From positions 1 through 31,236 of the forward strand of contig CBDCEW010000014.1 in NCBI GenBank assembly GCA_965215885.1: 31,236 nucleotides of DNA. The letters run 5' to 3'. The first letter of the stretch is position 1; each line of letters starts with the position of its first letter. The position numbers and the translations under genes were made by a program. The notes under the pieces were generated by a model. The model did not search any database. It was not told the origin of the DNA and was given only the letters and a program-made list of their open reading frames with translations. The DNA comes from Candidatus Moanibacter sp. GTDB lineage: Bacteria > Verrucomicrobiota > Verrucomicrobiia > Opitutales > UBA2987. Of this stretch, positions 1 through 9,887 are shown piece by piece.

Positions 1-69
1 CCTGTTCCAGTTCCTCCCCTCGGCGTTTCTTCATCAGTATGATGCGGCAGAAGTTGTAGGCCAGAACCT
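1..69 (-). pseudogene. C-terminal fragment of the IS5-like transposase, separated from the rest by the IS at 70-2443
   Basis: Removing 70-2443 and one AACCT copy joins the frame ...DAVGDELLEK|VLAYNFCRIILMKKRRGEELEQ, a typical 'LAYN' transposase C-terminus. It runs off the window edge. Confidence 0.85.
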
Positions 70-146
70 CAGAACTCGCTATCATGCGGGTTGGCGGGCA
101 GGGGGCAATCGCAGATACAATTCCCGGCTTTTAAGAGCTAAAGAAA

Positions 147-203
147 ACGGTAGGCTTCATCTTCGAACCATCAAATTCGAAGAAAAATGGAGAAACCTAC
201 CGT
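147..203 (+). promoter_or_regulatory. Stem-loop covering the transposase start codon
   Basis: Nested complementary blocks ACGGTAGG/CCTACCGT, CTTCAT/ATGGAG and CTTCGAA/TTCGAAG. ATG 187-189 lies in the stem. Confidence 0.55.
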
Positions 204-2412
204 CAAAGAAGAGACCTTCTTACAGTGCATCCTTGGAGTGGACAAGGGTAATCCCTCGATCACGGTCTATCGGGATCTGAGGGAAGGCAAACTGCACGTC
301 TATTACGGGCATGAGCTTTTTGAAGTCGTAGAGGACGATCGGGAGCAAGTTGAATTCAAGCTATTGGAGGGGCGCCTCTACAATGCGGGGTTGAAGAAAG
401 GGCGCTTAGAGAAGCAATTTGAGGTTGACCCCAAAACGATGAAGCGGTGGGGGGAGGCGCTTCAAAGCGGAGATGCCGAGACCTTAGCGCGAGTGCTGGC
501 GGGACGCAGCGCTCATCGCAAATTGACGAGGGAAATCCGGAGTTTTGTGCGGGTGCGCTTCGGGCAGATCTATGGGGAGAGTCGGTATGGCTACAGCAAG
601 AAGATACGGGGGGAGATCGAGGAGGTGTTCGGAGTTAACCTCAGTGGGGAAACTTTGCGCCCTGTCTTTAAGGAGCTTAAAGAGGCCCGGGCAAAGGAGG
701 CCGAAGCCGAGAGGGCGCAAAATCGGGAGACTCCCTGGGATTGCCCGGAGGACTCGGGGAGGGACGAACAGGAGCAAGAAGCAGAAAATAGCCCCGAAAG
801 CGAAGGGGACAATCGCAAGGGGTCTCCCGATTTTTCGAGGGAGAGCTCCGAAGCGGTGCAATGGTATCGGCACTTGGGAGTACTTCTGTTCAGTGCCGCG
901 CTCAGAGAAGTCGCTCAGATTGATCGCGAAGAGGGCTGGCTTTTGAAACAATGGGTGGCTTGCGGGTTGTTGGCCGCGGTCAATATCGAGCAGAGCAAAC
1001 TGCTCGATCTCGAAGACCTGCAAAAACTCATCGGGCGAGTCCTGTATACCCCCTATCTGCAACGCCAAAGCCTTAGCGCCCTGGCCGATGAAGGGCTTTT
1101 AAGAGAGATCCTCAGAGTGAACGCGAGGGGCCTGAATGCTTCGGATGAAGAGAGCTTTTATTATGATCCGCACACCAAACATTACACCGGAATGAGCAAG
1201 GTGCTGGCGGGATGGTGTCCGGGTATCCGTCTGGCCGACAAAGCGCTCCACAGCGATTTTATTCATACCCTCAAGGGCTATCCGATCTATTTTGCGAGTA
1301 CCGACAACTATGAGGATATAAGGGAACGGTTCATCCCCAACTGCGAAGCGATGCTCGAGCTGGTGCAGCTGCCGGCTGATAAGAAGGTGAGCATTTACGT
1401 GGACCGGGCGATCGCCGCGGAGTGGTTTTACGAAGCCATCGTGGAGCACCCTCAACTCGAAATCATTACCTGGGAAAAAGGTTACAAGGCCAGCGCCCAG
1501 CCCCTCCAACGGATCGACGGGCAGTTGCGCCTGCAGCGCGCGCGCAACCATGCCGAAGATCTCCAGGAGTATCATCTTCGCTATCAGCGGGGCCCCTGGA
1601 AGAAAAATCCTCAACTGGTGCAGTGGATCGTGGAGGCGACCAATCCAAAAAATCGAACCATTACCGTGAGCATCCTGGCGACCGATCAGCAGGCCCGAAA
1701 TGAAGAGGTAATCAAAGGGATGTTCAGTCGCTGGATTCAGGAGAATGACTTCAAATACCTCGATAAGCACTTTGGGATTAATCAGATCACCTCTTATCGC
1801 ACCGTCCACTACAAGCGATTAGCCCAACACCTTGAGGACAAGCAGGAGAAAAGCGGTGCCGCCAAAGCCCTCCTGAAGCAAAAACAGCAATGCACCGAAG
1901 AATTGAAAAGACTGCTCCTGGCCGAGCATGCCCACCCGGGCAAAAGCGCCTCAAGGGGCGAAAAGATCCGTCGACTCGATCAGGCCCTCAAAGCCCTCCA
2001 ACTCGAACTGGAGCAAATCGACACCGAATGCTCGAGGCTGCAGCGCCTCATTGATGAAAACTATGTCCGCCTGGACACCGCTAACAAGTCCCTCATGGAT
2101 GCCTTGAAAATCTTCGCCCGTAACAGCTTCTACAAGCAGCTCGAACCCTTTAAAGCTCGCTACAACAACTATCGTGACGACCGCGATCTGTTTCGCAATT
2201 TGACTCACAGTGACGGCGTTCTTATAGAGAGGGGCTGTGCGGTCGAAGCGCATTTATTCCCCACCGCAACTTATCCCCCTCGGGTGCAGGCGGTGGTGCT
2301 TGAGTATCTGCAAACTCTCAATCAGAACCCCTTACTGATGCCCGACGGTTCAGGCCGAAGAATCATCTTCCGACTGGGCAAAAAATCGGGATTTAAACTT
2401 GCGATTGCATAG
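187..2412 (+). CDS. Large DDE-type transposase (741 aa) of IS-A
   Basis: Only long ORF between the TIRs. It has HTH-like segments (FEVDPKTMKRW; IEEVFGVNLSGETLR), candidate catalytic motifs YYDPH, YVDRA and RWIQENDFK, and a coiled-coil-like stretch after the Glu motif. Confidence 0.85.
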   Translation: MEKPTVKEETFLQCILGVDKGNPSITVYRDLREGKLHVYYGHELFEVVEDDREQVEFKLLEGRLYNAGLKKGRLEKQFEVDPKTMKRWGEALQSGDAETLARVLAGRSAHRKLTREIRSFVRVRFGQIYGESRYGYSKKIRGEIEEVFGVNLSGETLRPVFKELKEARAKEAEAERAQNRETPWDCPEDSGRDEQEQEAENSPESEGDNRKGSPDFSRESSEAVQWYRHLGVLLFSAALREVAQIDREEGWLLKQWVACGLLAAVNIEQSKLLDLEDLQKLIGRVLYTPYLQRQSLSALADEGLLREILRVNARGLNASDEESFYYDPHTKHYTGMSKVLAGWCPGIRLADKALHSDFIHTLKGYPIYFASTDNYEDIRERFIPNCEAMLELVQLPADKKVSIYVDRAIAAEWFYEAIVEHPQLEIITWEKGYKASAQPLQRIDGQLRLQRARNHAEDLQEYHLRYQRGPWKKNPQLVQWIVEATNPKNRTITVSILATDQQARNEEVIKGMFSRWIQENDFKYLDKHFGINQITSYRTVHYKRLAQHLEDKQEKSGAAKALLKQKQQCTEELKRLLLAEHAHPGKSASRGEKIRRLDQALKALQLELEQIDTECSRLQRLIDENYVRLDTANKSLMDALKIFARNSFYKQLEPFKARYNNYRDDRDLFRNLTHSDGVLIERGCAVEAHLFPTATYPPRVQAVVLEYLQTLNQNPLLMPDGSGRRIIFRLGKKSGFKLAIA

Positions 2413-2448
2413 TGCCTTTAGAGGGGCAATATAGTGAGGTCTGAACCT

Positions 2449-3925
2449 TCTCGAGCAGTTCATCGCCTACCGCATCGATGCCGCGGCGGCCGAGTTCGCC
2501 AAAGGCAAATCCATCTTTAATCGTGAACATCAGCGACTCCACTGCGGAGCGATCGCGGCGTGCCTCGCGATACGCCTCGCTCTCCCAGTCCTCGGGGGGT
2601 GGTCAACTTCTTGCCCTTCGCCCCACTGATACTGATCTGCTTTACCCCCATGCTCAGCACCTCCTTGCGTCCCTTCGCCGAAGCATATCCGTCATCGGTG
2701 CTGATCAGTTCAGCAATGACACCGGTGCGCTTGATCGAATCGCCGATGGCCGGCGCCAGCTCAATGGAGTCTGCCGCATTGCCTTGCGGTACGATCAGGC
2801 TGGTGACAAAACCGTTTTCGCTGCGAACCAGTTGTGGCTTGTACCCGATCACTGGATTGCGGCTGCCCTTCTTGATGTAGGCCGCCGATCCGTCCGACAG
2901 GCTCAGGACCTTCTGCGTGGACGGTAGCTTCTTTTCGTGAAACACCCGATCATGAGCATACTCAACAACCCGCTTGGCGTCGGCAATATCGCGCCTGATC
3001 TGGCTCAATACCCGCTTCAGAAGCTCCCGGCGAGTGGGAGGCAGTGAATCCATCGACAGGCCCTCTTCAAGATGGCTCAGTTCCCCCGTTAGTGAGTCGG
3101 CCGCCTTGCGGCCCCGCTTGAGCAACCGCCGGTAGTGTTTCTTCAGCTTGCCCTTCGACTTCGGTTTGCCCGCGGCCAGACAAATCTGAAACTCCAGCTT
3201 GTCCATCTCCTGCAGCCAACGCCCAACCCATCCCTTGCGAAAATCCTCCAGCCCGAATATATGCAACTTCTGACCCAAACGATTGGCCCGCATCAAAAGA
3301 CCGGTCAGAATCCTCCCATCGGTGGGCCAGCAGCTGTTTGCTTTCACCGAGGTGCTGTCGATCGTCAGCTTCCCGAAATCGTCCCATTGCTCCTGGAGGA
3401 TAAACCCAATCTGTTTATCAAAGATCAGCTCGCGGGTCCTATGGCTGACCAGGTTCACGTTCTCCAGAATCGTCGTCACCGCCGGCATCCTCAGTCCCCG
3501 CCTCTGAAGAAATCCGTACAAGCTCATCGACTCGCGCAGAAACCGCCGTGCCGGTTTCGTGGTCAACGAACCCAGAGAAACCCTCGAATCATCACGAACA
3601 CGTATACCGCATAAGCCGGCATCCGCGGCCGGCCTGCCCCAAGATTCAATTCAGCAGCCAGAATATTCTCCTCCTCGATGTCCAGCTCCGGCAGCTCCGC
3701 TGTGCGCCCTTCAAAGAACCTGCGATCTTCCAATCGAAGTTTCTTCTTCTCACGCGCAGGGGCGTCCAGATCCTTCTCGATCGCCTCGATGATTTGCGCC
3801 GCGAACCCGGCCAATTCTTCAACTTCATCCAGAAAATCACGGAAATCCGTGTCTGGAACCGGCAGAATGAGGTTGCTAAGGGGCGTCTTATCGCTTTTGT
3901 TCTCCTCTGTCGCACATGTTGGCAT
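2449..3925 (-). pseudogene. IS5-family-like DDE transposase, interrupted by IS-A and carrying two frameshifts
   Basis: RBS AAAGGAG precedes ATG 3925. Motifs LTIDSTSVKAN, KVLSLSD..YIKKG..IGYK and STDDGYAS are present, then RSAVESLMFTIK after a shift in the G6 run at 2594-2599. A second shift lies near 3570. Confidence 0.8.
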
Positions 3926-4070
3926 GTTTAACTCCTTTCTTAATCTTAGGTTGTTAAACACTAGCATGTTGCGACACTTTTTATCAAGCCACAAAATGAT
4001 TTTTCTCAAGTTTTCCTTGCGCCTTTTGCGCCTCTTTGCGGCCAATCAGTAGCTTTTCGGATAAGGTCTT
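2449..4070 (-). mobile_element. IS5-like element ('IS-B'), main part; it continues at 1-69 and beyond the window
   Basis: Contains the transposase above. The probable left end AGACCTTATCCGAAAAG is near 4053-4069, but the partner end is outside the window so this boundary is approximate. Confidence 0.65.
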
Positions 4071-4111
4071 GCTAAGGCGTTTGAGGCTTTGTGGGTCAAA
4101 GAAAGGCAATT

Positions 4112-4522
4112 ATGGAAGATGAAAATGTAGAAACGCTTCGAGAGGCATACCAGCCCTGGAACGACAGCAAAGCTGACAGCGTCTCGCGATGGATGAGTTT
4201 GCTCGCAGACGACGTTCAATGGAGTTCTATTGCTGATGGGTCTCCGGGAATGGAGTTTTCTCAGGCATGCTGCTCGAAGGACGATGTCGCACGCTATTTC
4301 GAGGTGATGGTTAAAGAGTGGGAGATGATTCACTATACCGTTGACGAGTTCATCGCACAAAATGATCGCGTTGTCGTGCTTGGTCGTTGCGGTTGGAGGC
4401 ACAAAGGAACTTCAAAAGTCGTAGAAACACCCAAGGCTGATATCATTCGGATGAAGGATCCGAAGATTACTGAATTCTACGAATTCTATGACACCGCTAA
4501 GGCGTTCGAGGCCTCAAGATGA
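4112..4522 (+). CDS. SnoaL-like / NTF2-family (ketosteroid-isomerase-like) protein
   Basis: 136 aa after RBS GAAAGG. Motifs LREAYQPWN, LLADDVQW, FIAQNDRVVVLG and KITEFYEFYDTA. Confidence 0.85.
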   Translation: MEDENVETLREAYQPWNDSKADSVSRWMSLLADDVQWSSIADGSPGMEFSQACCSKDDVARYFEVMVKEWEMIHYTVDEFIAQNDRVVVLGRCGWRHKGTSKVVETPKADIIRMKDPKITEFYEFYDTAKAFEASR

Positions 4523-4651
4523 GGTCAATTTCACGATAGTAATAGTCAATTAAATGGGGGCTACGTTGTATCCGTGTCGCTTTATAGCGACGATTTCTTA
4601 CTTGCCTCTCATAAAAACCACCGTTAAACTCCATACCGCTGCCATGGCGGA

Positions 4652-5956
4652 ATGAAAAGTGACACGCAAAGAAACTATATCTATGGGATCGATTTCGGGA
4701 CGAGTAATTCGGCGGTCGCCGTCTGGAACGTAGCCGAGCGCTCGATATTCGAACACCCTGGGCTTACCGGATCTCAACCCTCTCTGCTCTATTTCCCATG
4801 GGCGAGATCTCTTTCCAGTCAATTGGATCGGGTCTATCTGGGTCGCGATGCAGTTGAGCGATACGTCGCCGACAATATGGACGGCCGACTGCTACAAGCG
4901 ATCAAAACAGTGCTTCCGGACAAGTCGTTCACGAGTACGATGATCAATGGAATTACCTATTCCATCGAAGACTTTATCGCGATCATTATTCGAAACCTTA
5001 AGGAGAGAGCAGATGCGGTAACAGGATGCGATATTCGGCAGGCTGTTGTAGGCCGTCCTGCCGTTTTCAGCGAGGATCCGGAAAGGGAGCATCTGGCGGT
5101 GGGGCGGCTGGAGAAAGCGGCCAGGTTGGCAGGATTCGACGAAATTCGCTTCGTCTTTGAACCGGTTGCGGCAGCGTTTACCTACGAGGCAGCGTTATCC
5201 AAGGGTGAAACGGTTCTGGTCGGTGATCTTGGAGGCGGGACATCGGACTTCACGATTATCCGGTTGGATCCAGACAGGCGAGACAAGCGCAACCGCCGGG
5301 CCGACGTCCTGGCAACCTTCGGCGTTTCGGTCGCTGGAAATCGGCTCGACGCCGATATTATGTGGCACCGGTTGACCCCTCGTTTCGGACGGGGCGCCAG
5401 TTATCAGGAATACTCTGGAGGACCGATTCTCAAAGCACTCACTTTTCCCCATCACGAGATTTGCCGATGGGATCGCATTCCGTTCCTCGCAAAAGATAAG
5501 AAGTTGATGGAAACGATACGAAAGATGAGTGTCCGGTCGACGAATCGAATGGGATTTTCAATGCTTCAGACCTTGATCAGGAGGAATTTGAGATTTGCGC
5601 TTTTTCAGGAAATTGAGAAAACGAAGATCGCACTAACGGAATGCGATGCCGCCAGACTGATCTTCAATGGCGATGAAATCTCACTCGGCGAATTCATCAC
5701 CCTGACTCACTTCAATCACTATACGGAAAGTGCGCGATCCGCGATCAGTAGCGCTTTGGACGAGGTCTTGATTCGAGCCGGCTGTCGCGATAGTGATATT
5801 GATGCCATCTTCTTGACTGGCGGCAGTTCCCTTGTCCGCGATATCCGCAACCTCTTTACGAAAAAATTCGGTGAAGAGAGAATCCGCACAGGAGACACCT
5901 TTACCTCGGTCGCCAAAGGATTAGCTTTCAGCGCTCCGTTCGAATATGGTGAATGA
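4652..5956 (+). CDS. yegD: YegD-type Hsp70-family protein (ATPase domain, no canonical substrate-binding domain)
   Basis: Motifs GIDFGTSNS, AVVGRP, EPVAAA, DLGGGTSDF, LTGGSS and GDTFTSVAKGL. The 434-aa length fits YegD-like proteins. Confidence 0.85.
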   Translation: MKSDTQRNYIYGIDFGTSNSAVAVWNVAERSIFEHPGLTGSQPSLLYFPWARSLSSQLDRVYLGRDAVERYVADNMDGRLLQAIKTVLPDKSFTSTMINGITYSIEDFIAIIIRNLKERADAVTGCDIRQAVVGRPAVFSEDPEREHLAVGRLEKAARLAGFDEIRFVFEPVAAAFTYEAALSKGETVLVGDLGGGTSDFTIIRLDPDRRDKRNRRADVLATFGVSVAGNRLDADIMWHRLTPRFGRGASYQEYSGGPILKALTFPHHEICRWDRIPFLAKDKKLMETIRKMSVRSTNRMGFSMLQTLIRRNLRFALFQEIEKTKIALTECDAARLIFNGDEISLGEFITLTHFNHYTESARSAISSALDEVLIRAGCRDSDIDAIFLTGGSSLVRDIRNLFTKKFGEERIRTGDTFTSVAKGLAFSAPFEYGE

Positions 5957-5975
5957 AGTAGAGCTATCTGCGCTT

Positions 5976-6125
5976 CGAAAAGCTCCCGCTTTCCGCTACT
6001 TGTCGCTACTACGAATGGTCCTGAGCTCAAGAATCGGCAGAAGGGTGTCTGTCCTGTCTTGGGCGAGTACGCTCAATCGAAAGCTATATTTTTGCGAGTC
6101 TGTAGCGGAAAGCGGAAGCTTTTCG
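5976..6125. repeat. Inverted pair of GTAG-type REP-like elements
   Basis: 5976-5999 is the reverse complement of GTAGCGGAAAGCGGAAGCTTTTCG at 6102-6125 (23/24). Each unit is GTAG plus a hairpin. Confidence 0.8.
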
Positions 6126-6211
6126 TGCATGCAGTTGCGAGCGAGATTGTTTCGATTGTATCCTCATAGAGAAGATGCACACTTAGATAATAGGCCTGAC
6201 CACTTCGCCAC

Positions 6212-7310
6212 ATGGCATCGGATTCCGATAGAAAGCAGTTGCGGCTAGCGTTAAATCGGGCGCTGGAGATCGTCGATTTTCCTCTGTTTGAGATATCCGA
6301 TGAGTGGAAACGGATCGGATCGGGCGCCTGGCACGATGCCTATTTGATTTCCTTCCAAGGATACGATCCAATGGTTATCCGGCTTCGGAAACGGAAGATC
6401 TACGGAAAAGAGGAGACTTGGAATCTCGAAGAACTCCATAGCGATTACGCCCCGGTTGGCCTATACTACCGAGAGGCAAATCGTTGCCTGCCCGGTATCT
6501 GTCCCATGGTTTATAGATATCACATTGAGCCCGGGATTTTCGTTCACTTTCGAATCGTATGTTCCCGGTGTTCCTTTGCCCCTGAGTGAACTATCAATCC
6601 ATCAGGCGACTGCACTTGGCATCCGAGTCGGAGATTTTTCTAAGGCGATGCACAGGCAACCCGCTCCAATTGGCGGAACCGGTGAAATGATTTGGAAATC
6701 CGGAAATGTTAAGTGCAACGGGGCATCCAAGTTGAGTGATCATTGGACCTCACTTGAGAAACGAATCTACGAGCAGGTCGAAGACCCTGGATTCAGATCG
6801 ACCACATCAGAAGGGTTTTCTATGAAGGAAAAGGTCGCTGATGCGCTCGGCACAATGAGAGGTTGTGGCGAACCGGTCAGCCTGTTGAACGGCGACGTCA
6901 CTCCAGAGAATCTACTCACGCGAAACCTGAATTGGGTTGGGCTTGTCGATCCAGTGCCAATTCAAGGTAGCGGACTGTACTATGCAGCATTCTTTCTGCA
7001 CTGTTATCGACTCTGCTTACCGGCATTGAGTCGGGCGCCAAGATACCGGGCGCATCGTTTCGACAAGCACGCCGATTTGCTGGCCACTCTTGCGGACGGC
7101 TATGCCACAGCCTACTCTGATGGGGGCGCCGACATTCTCGCCCTTCTGCGAATGGCTGAATGGCTCTGGGCACTTGAGTTTGCCTGGGAATGCCATAGCC
7201 TGCTGAAATCGAGATTGGACACAGAGAACCGTCTCAGACGGGGAAACAAGCGAGCCATTCGCAGCGCCTTTAAGATGGCGGTAAACAGGTTAAAGGAGAT
7301 TGATTGGTAA
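6212..7310 (+). CDS. Aminoglycoside-phosphotransferase-like (APH/choline kinase fold) protein with one frameshift near 6530-6535
   Basis: The N-terminal ORF has the loop IGSGAWHDAY. The C-terminal ORF has a Brenner-like LLNGDVTPENLL and VGLVDP. The frames join as ..YHIEPG|FSFTFESY on removing one base. Confidence 0.7.
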
Positions 7311-7443
7311 ACAGTGTAGCGAAAGGGTCAGGCTTATTATATTTGTGTCGGAAGAAGAGAATCGCCTTTGGTCCGGATCTAGGTAGTGCTATGGAGGCGG
7401 AATATGGGATCTCTCTAATAGGACCGGAAAGAATCGGTGTCGA

Positions 7444-8070
7444 TTGCAGCCTTTTAAAAACAAGACTTATACAAATATACGAAGCCTGACCCCATCCCGA
7501 GAGCTCATAATTGCCCAACTTGAGGCGTATCAAGGCCATTGGAGGATCGAGTCGGATACGACGAAGCGATTCATTGATTTTGTACTGGCTAATCCGGACT
7601 GTTTCGAAAGGAGTCTCAAGATTGGGCACGTCACCGGGTCAGCGTGGGTCGTGAATAACGATGGAACTCATGTATTGTTGACTCACCACAGAAAACTGAA
7701 TCGGTGGATGCAACTCGGTGGACACGCTGACGGAAATCCGGACGTTCTTCATGTTGCATTGCGTGAGGCAAGCGAAGAGTCAGGACTGGTGGAAATAGAA
7801 CCTTTGAGTGGGGAAATCTTCGATATCGACATTCATCGCATCCCTAAACGCGGAAACGAGTCTGAGCACGACCACTATGACGTGAGATTTGCCATGCAGA
7901 CGGTAGGAAGCGAAGCTTATCTGGTCAGCGATGAGTCTTACAATTTGGGTTGGATTAGAATAGAAGATCTAGCTCAAGTGACTGACGAAGAATCCATGTT
8001 TCGGATGGCACGCAAGTGGAAAACGGGATCGTGCCCGGAGCGCCCGATCGACCAGTATCAAAGAAACTAG
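7444..8070 (+). CDS. Nudix hydrolase (start uncertain)
   Basis: Motifs GHVTGSAWVV, LLTHHRKLNRW, Nudix box GGHADG..ALREASEESGL, DIDIHRIP and HDHYDVRF. Confidence 0.9.
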   Translation: MQPFKNKTYTNIRSLTPSRELIIAQLEAYQGHWRIESDTTKRFIDFVLANPDCFERSLKIGHVTGSAWVVNNDGTHVLLTHHRKLNRWMQLGGHADGNPDVLHVALREASEESGLVEIEPLSGEIFDIDIHRIPKRGNESEHDHYDVRFAMQTVGSEAYLVSDESYNLGWIRIEDLAQVTDEESMFRMARKWKTGSCPERPIDQYQRN

Positions 8071-8216
8071 TGGTGGAACGGTCCCTCCGGGAACGTTCGT
8101 ATCATCATTTCGTATAGGAACAGTCAATCTCTGCCAAATTGGCGAAACAGTTAGATGCAGGGTGCCCGGCACGCCGGGACGGGTATTTATCATTGGAGGG
8201 TATTAGGGAGGTATAT

Positions 8217-8774
8217 ATGCAAACATGGAAAATTATCGAATCCGAGTATCTCATTCGCAGCAGGTGGCTCACTGTTCGCGCAGACAACTGTGAGAGACCG
8301 GATGGTCTCAGGATAGATCCCTACTATGTTCTCGAGTATTCAGACTGGGTGCATGTAGTCGCGCTCGACGCAGACGATCATGTGCTGATCACGCTACAGT
8401 ATCGTCACGCCATCGGCAAAGTGTGCGCGGAATTGCCGGGCGGTATTGTCGAACCGAATGAGGCTCCTCTCGCCACCGCTCGACGAGAGCTTCGAGAAGA
8501 GACCGGTTGCACGGCCGAGAGATTCCTGCCATTGCCCAAACTGCACCCGAATCCGGCTACCCATACGAACAGGTTTCATTGTTTTCTAGCTACTGGGGTG
8601 GTCATTGACAGCGAACCGACCCTCGACGAGACAGAAGAAATCACGTTCGAGTTCCTGACCGTTTCTAAAGTGTTTGAATTGATCAATACTGGCGAATTTT
8701 CCCAGGGACTTCATGTCGCAAGCCTTATGCTCGGCCTGAAGAAGCGGGGTTTGTTGAAGATCACGACCGCATAG
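8217..8774 (+). CDS. Nudix hydrolase, ADP-ribose-pyrophosphatase-like
   Basis: RBS GGAGG precedes ATG 8217. QYRHA and the canonical box PGGIVEPNEAPLATARRELREETG are present, with NP downstream. Confidence 0.9.
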   Translation: MQTWKIIESEYLIRSRWLTVRADNCERPDGLRIDPYYVLEYSDWVHVVALDADDHVLITLQYRHAIGKVCAELPGGIVEPNEAPLATARRELREETGCTAERFLPLPKLHPNPATHTNRFHCFLATGVVIDSEPTLDETEEITFEFLTVSKVFELINTGEFSQGLHVASLMLGLKKRGLLKITTA

Positions 8775-8776
8775 CC

Positions 8777-9587
8777 ATGATCACACAAAGCCGACTTGTG
8801 ACGGATCTCAGGGCCTTGGGAATACAGGAAGATGACATAGTGATGATCCATGCCTCCCTTCGGTCGGTGGGCACCATATTGGGCAGGCCCGGACGCACTC
8901 ATAGGCGCTCTGCTTGCTGCGGTGGGTCCGGGCGGCACGATCATGGCTTATACAGACTGGCAGGATGGCGTTCATCACATTACATGCTGCGATGCTTCGG
9001 AGAGCGAGAGAGTTGCTATGCTCGAGGAACTTCCTCCCTTTGACCCGACCACCTCGCGAGCGCGACGCACTTTTGGGATTTTCCCCGAATTTCTAAGAAC
9101 TCATCGGGAGTCGGTGCGCAGCGGAATTCCGGATGCTTCAGTTTGCGCGGTTGGCGCGAGAGCGCAATGGCTGTGTAAAGATCATCCCCTTCAGTATGGG
9201 TACGGCCCTGGTTCACCCTTAGCAAAACTGGTCGAAGCGTCGGGTAAAGTTCTTCTTATCGGTTCGCCGCTCGATGCTGTGACGTTACTCCACTACTCCG
9301 AACATATGGCTCAGGTGCCCGGCAAGCGTATCATTCGCTATCGTGAACCAATCCTGTTCGCCGATCGGAAGCAGTGGGTGGAGATTGAAGAGTTTGACAC
9401 GGGCGATCCGGTGATTTCCGCCGCGCCCGAGGATTATTTTGAGGATATTGTCCGAGGATACCTATCTCTGGATGGCAGCGATACTGGTCCAATTGGGAAT
9501 GCAAAATCCTACCTGCTGGACGCCTCGTGGCTACACACATTCGCGGTCGAATGGATGGAGAAGGAATACGGAGTGAAATCGGACTGA
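8777..9587 (+). CDS. aac(3): Aminoglycoside N3-acetyltransferase family (AAC(3)/YokD) protein with one frameshift near 8885
   Basis: DLRALGI..DIVMIHASLRSVG joins GPDALIGALLAAVGPGGTIMAYTDW. Further motifs are PFDP and HPLQYGYGPGSPLAKLVEASGKVLLIG..TLLHYSEH. Confidence 0.88.
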
Positions 9588-9608
9588 GCTTCTGTTACTC
9601 TGAAAGCT

Positions 9609-9683
9609 AATCCAGAGAGAGATAGGTGGAATCTTCCCTGATCCTGGATCACCGCACCTCCCTTCGGTCGACTCGCGATGACA
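9609..9683. repeat. Partial REP-like element of the CTGGAT...TCGCRATGACA type
   Basis: CTGGATCACCGC...CTCGCGATGACA resembles CTGGATTGCTTCG...CTCGCAATGACA at 21806-21839. ATCCAG (9610-9615) pairs with CTGGAT (9644-9649). Confidence 0.55.
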
Positions 9684-9887
9684 CTGTTCAATGCATGGCG
9701 CCGCGTCGCGTACACGATGACACACTCCAGAGGACCGCTGTTCTGGGGACCTCGCCACCGTCTTCGGATCGAAACCCTTTGGTCGTATTTGTAGACACTG
9801 TGAACGGAGTCTGGGGCCGGCCAAACGATACATATTCGCCATGCGTTATCTTGCGTCCATTCAATTTTCGATAGGGAATGCAGGGTA

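Larger units (their letters stand above)
70..2443 (+). mobile_element. Unclassified IS ('IS-A') copy 1, 2374 bp
   Basis: Ends are defined by identity with 15815-18195. TIRs are CAGAACTCGCTAT / CAGACCTCACTAT (11/13), with an internal box at 105-132 vs 2381-2408 (21/28). Perfect 5-bp direct repeat AACCT at 65-69 and 2444-2448. Confidence 0.93.

Noticed and set aside
447..2253. Antisense and alternate-frame ORFs duplicated in both IS-A copies
   Set aside because: They are shadow ORFs of the transposase, and their duplication only reflects the IS duplication.
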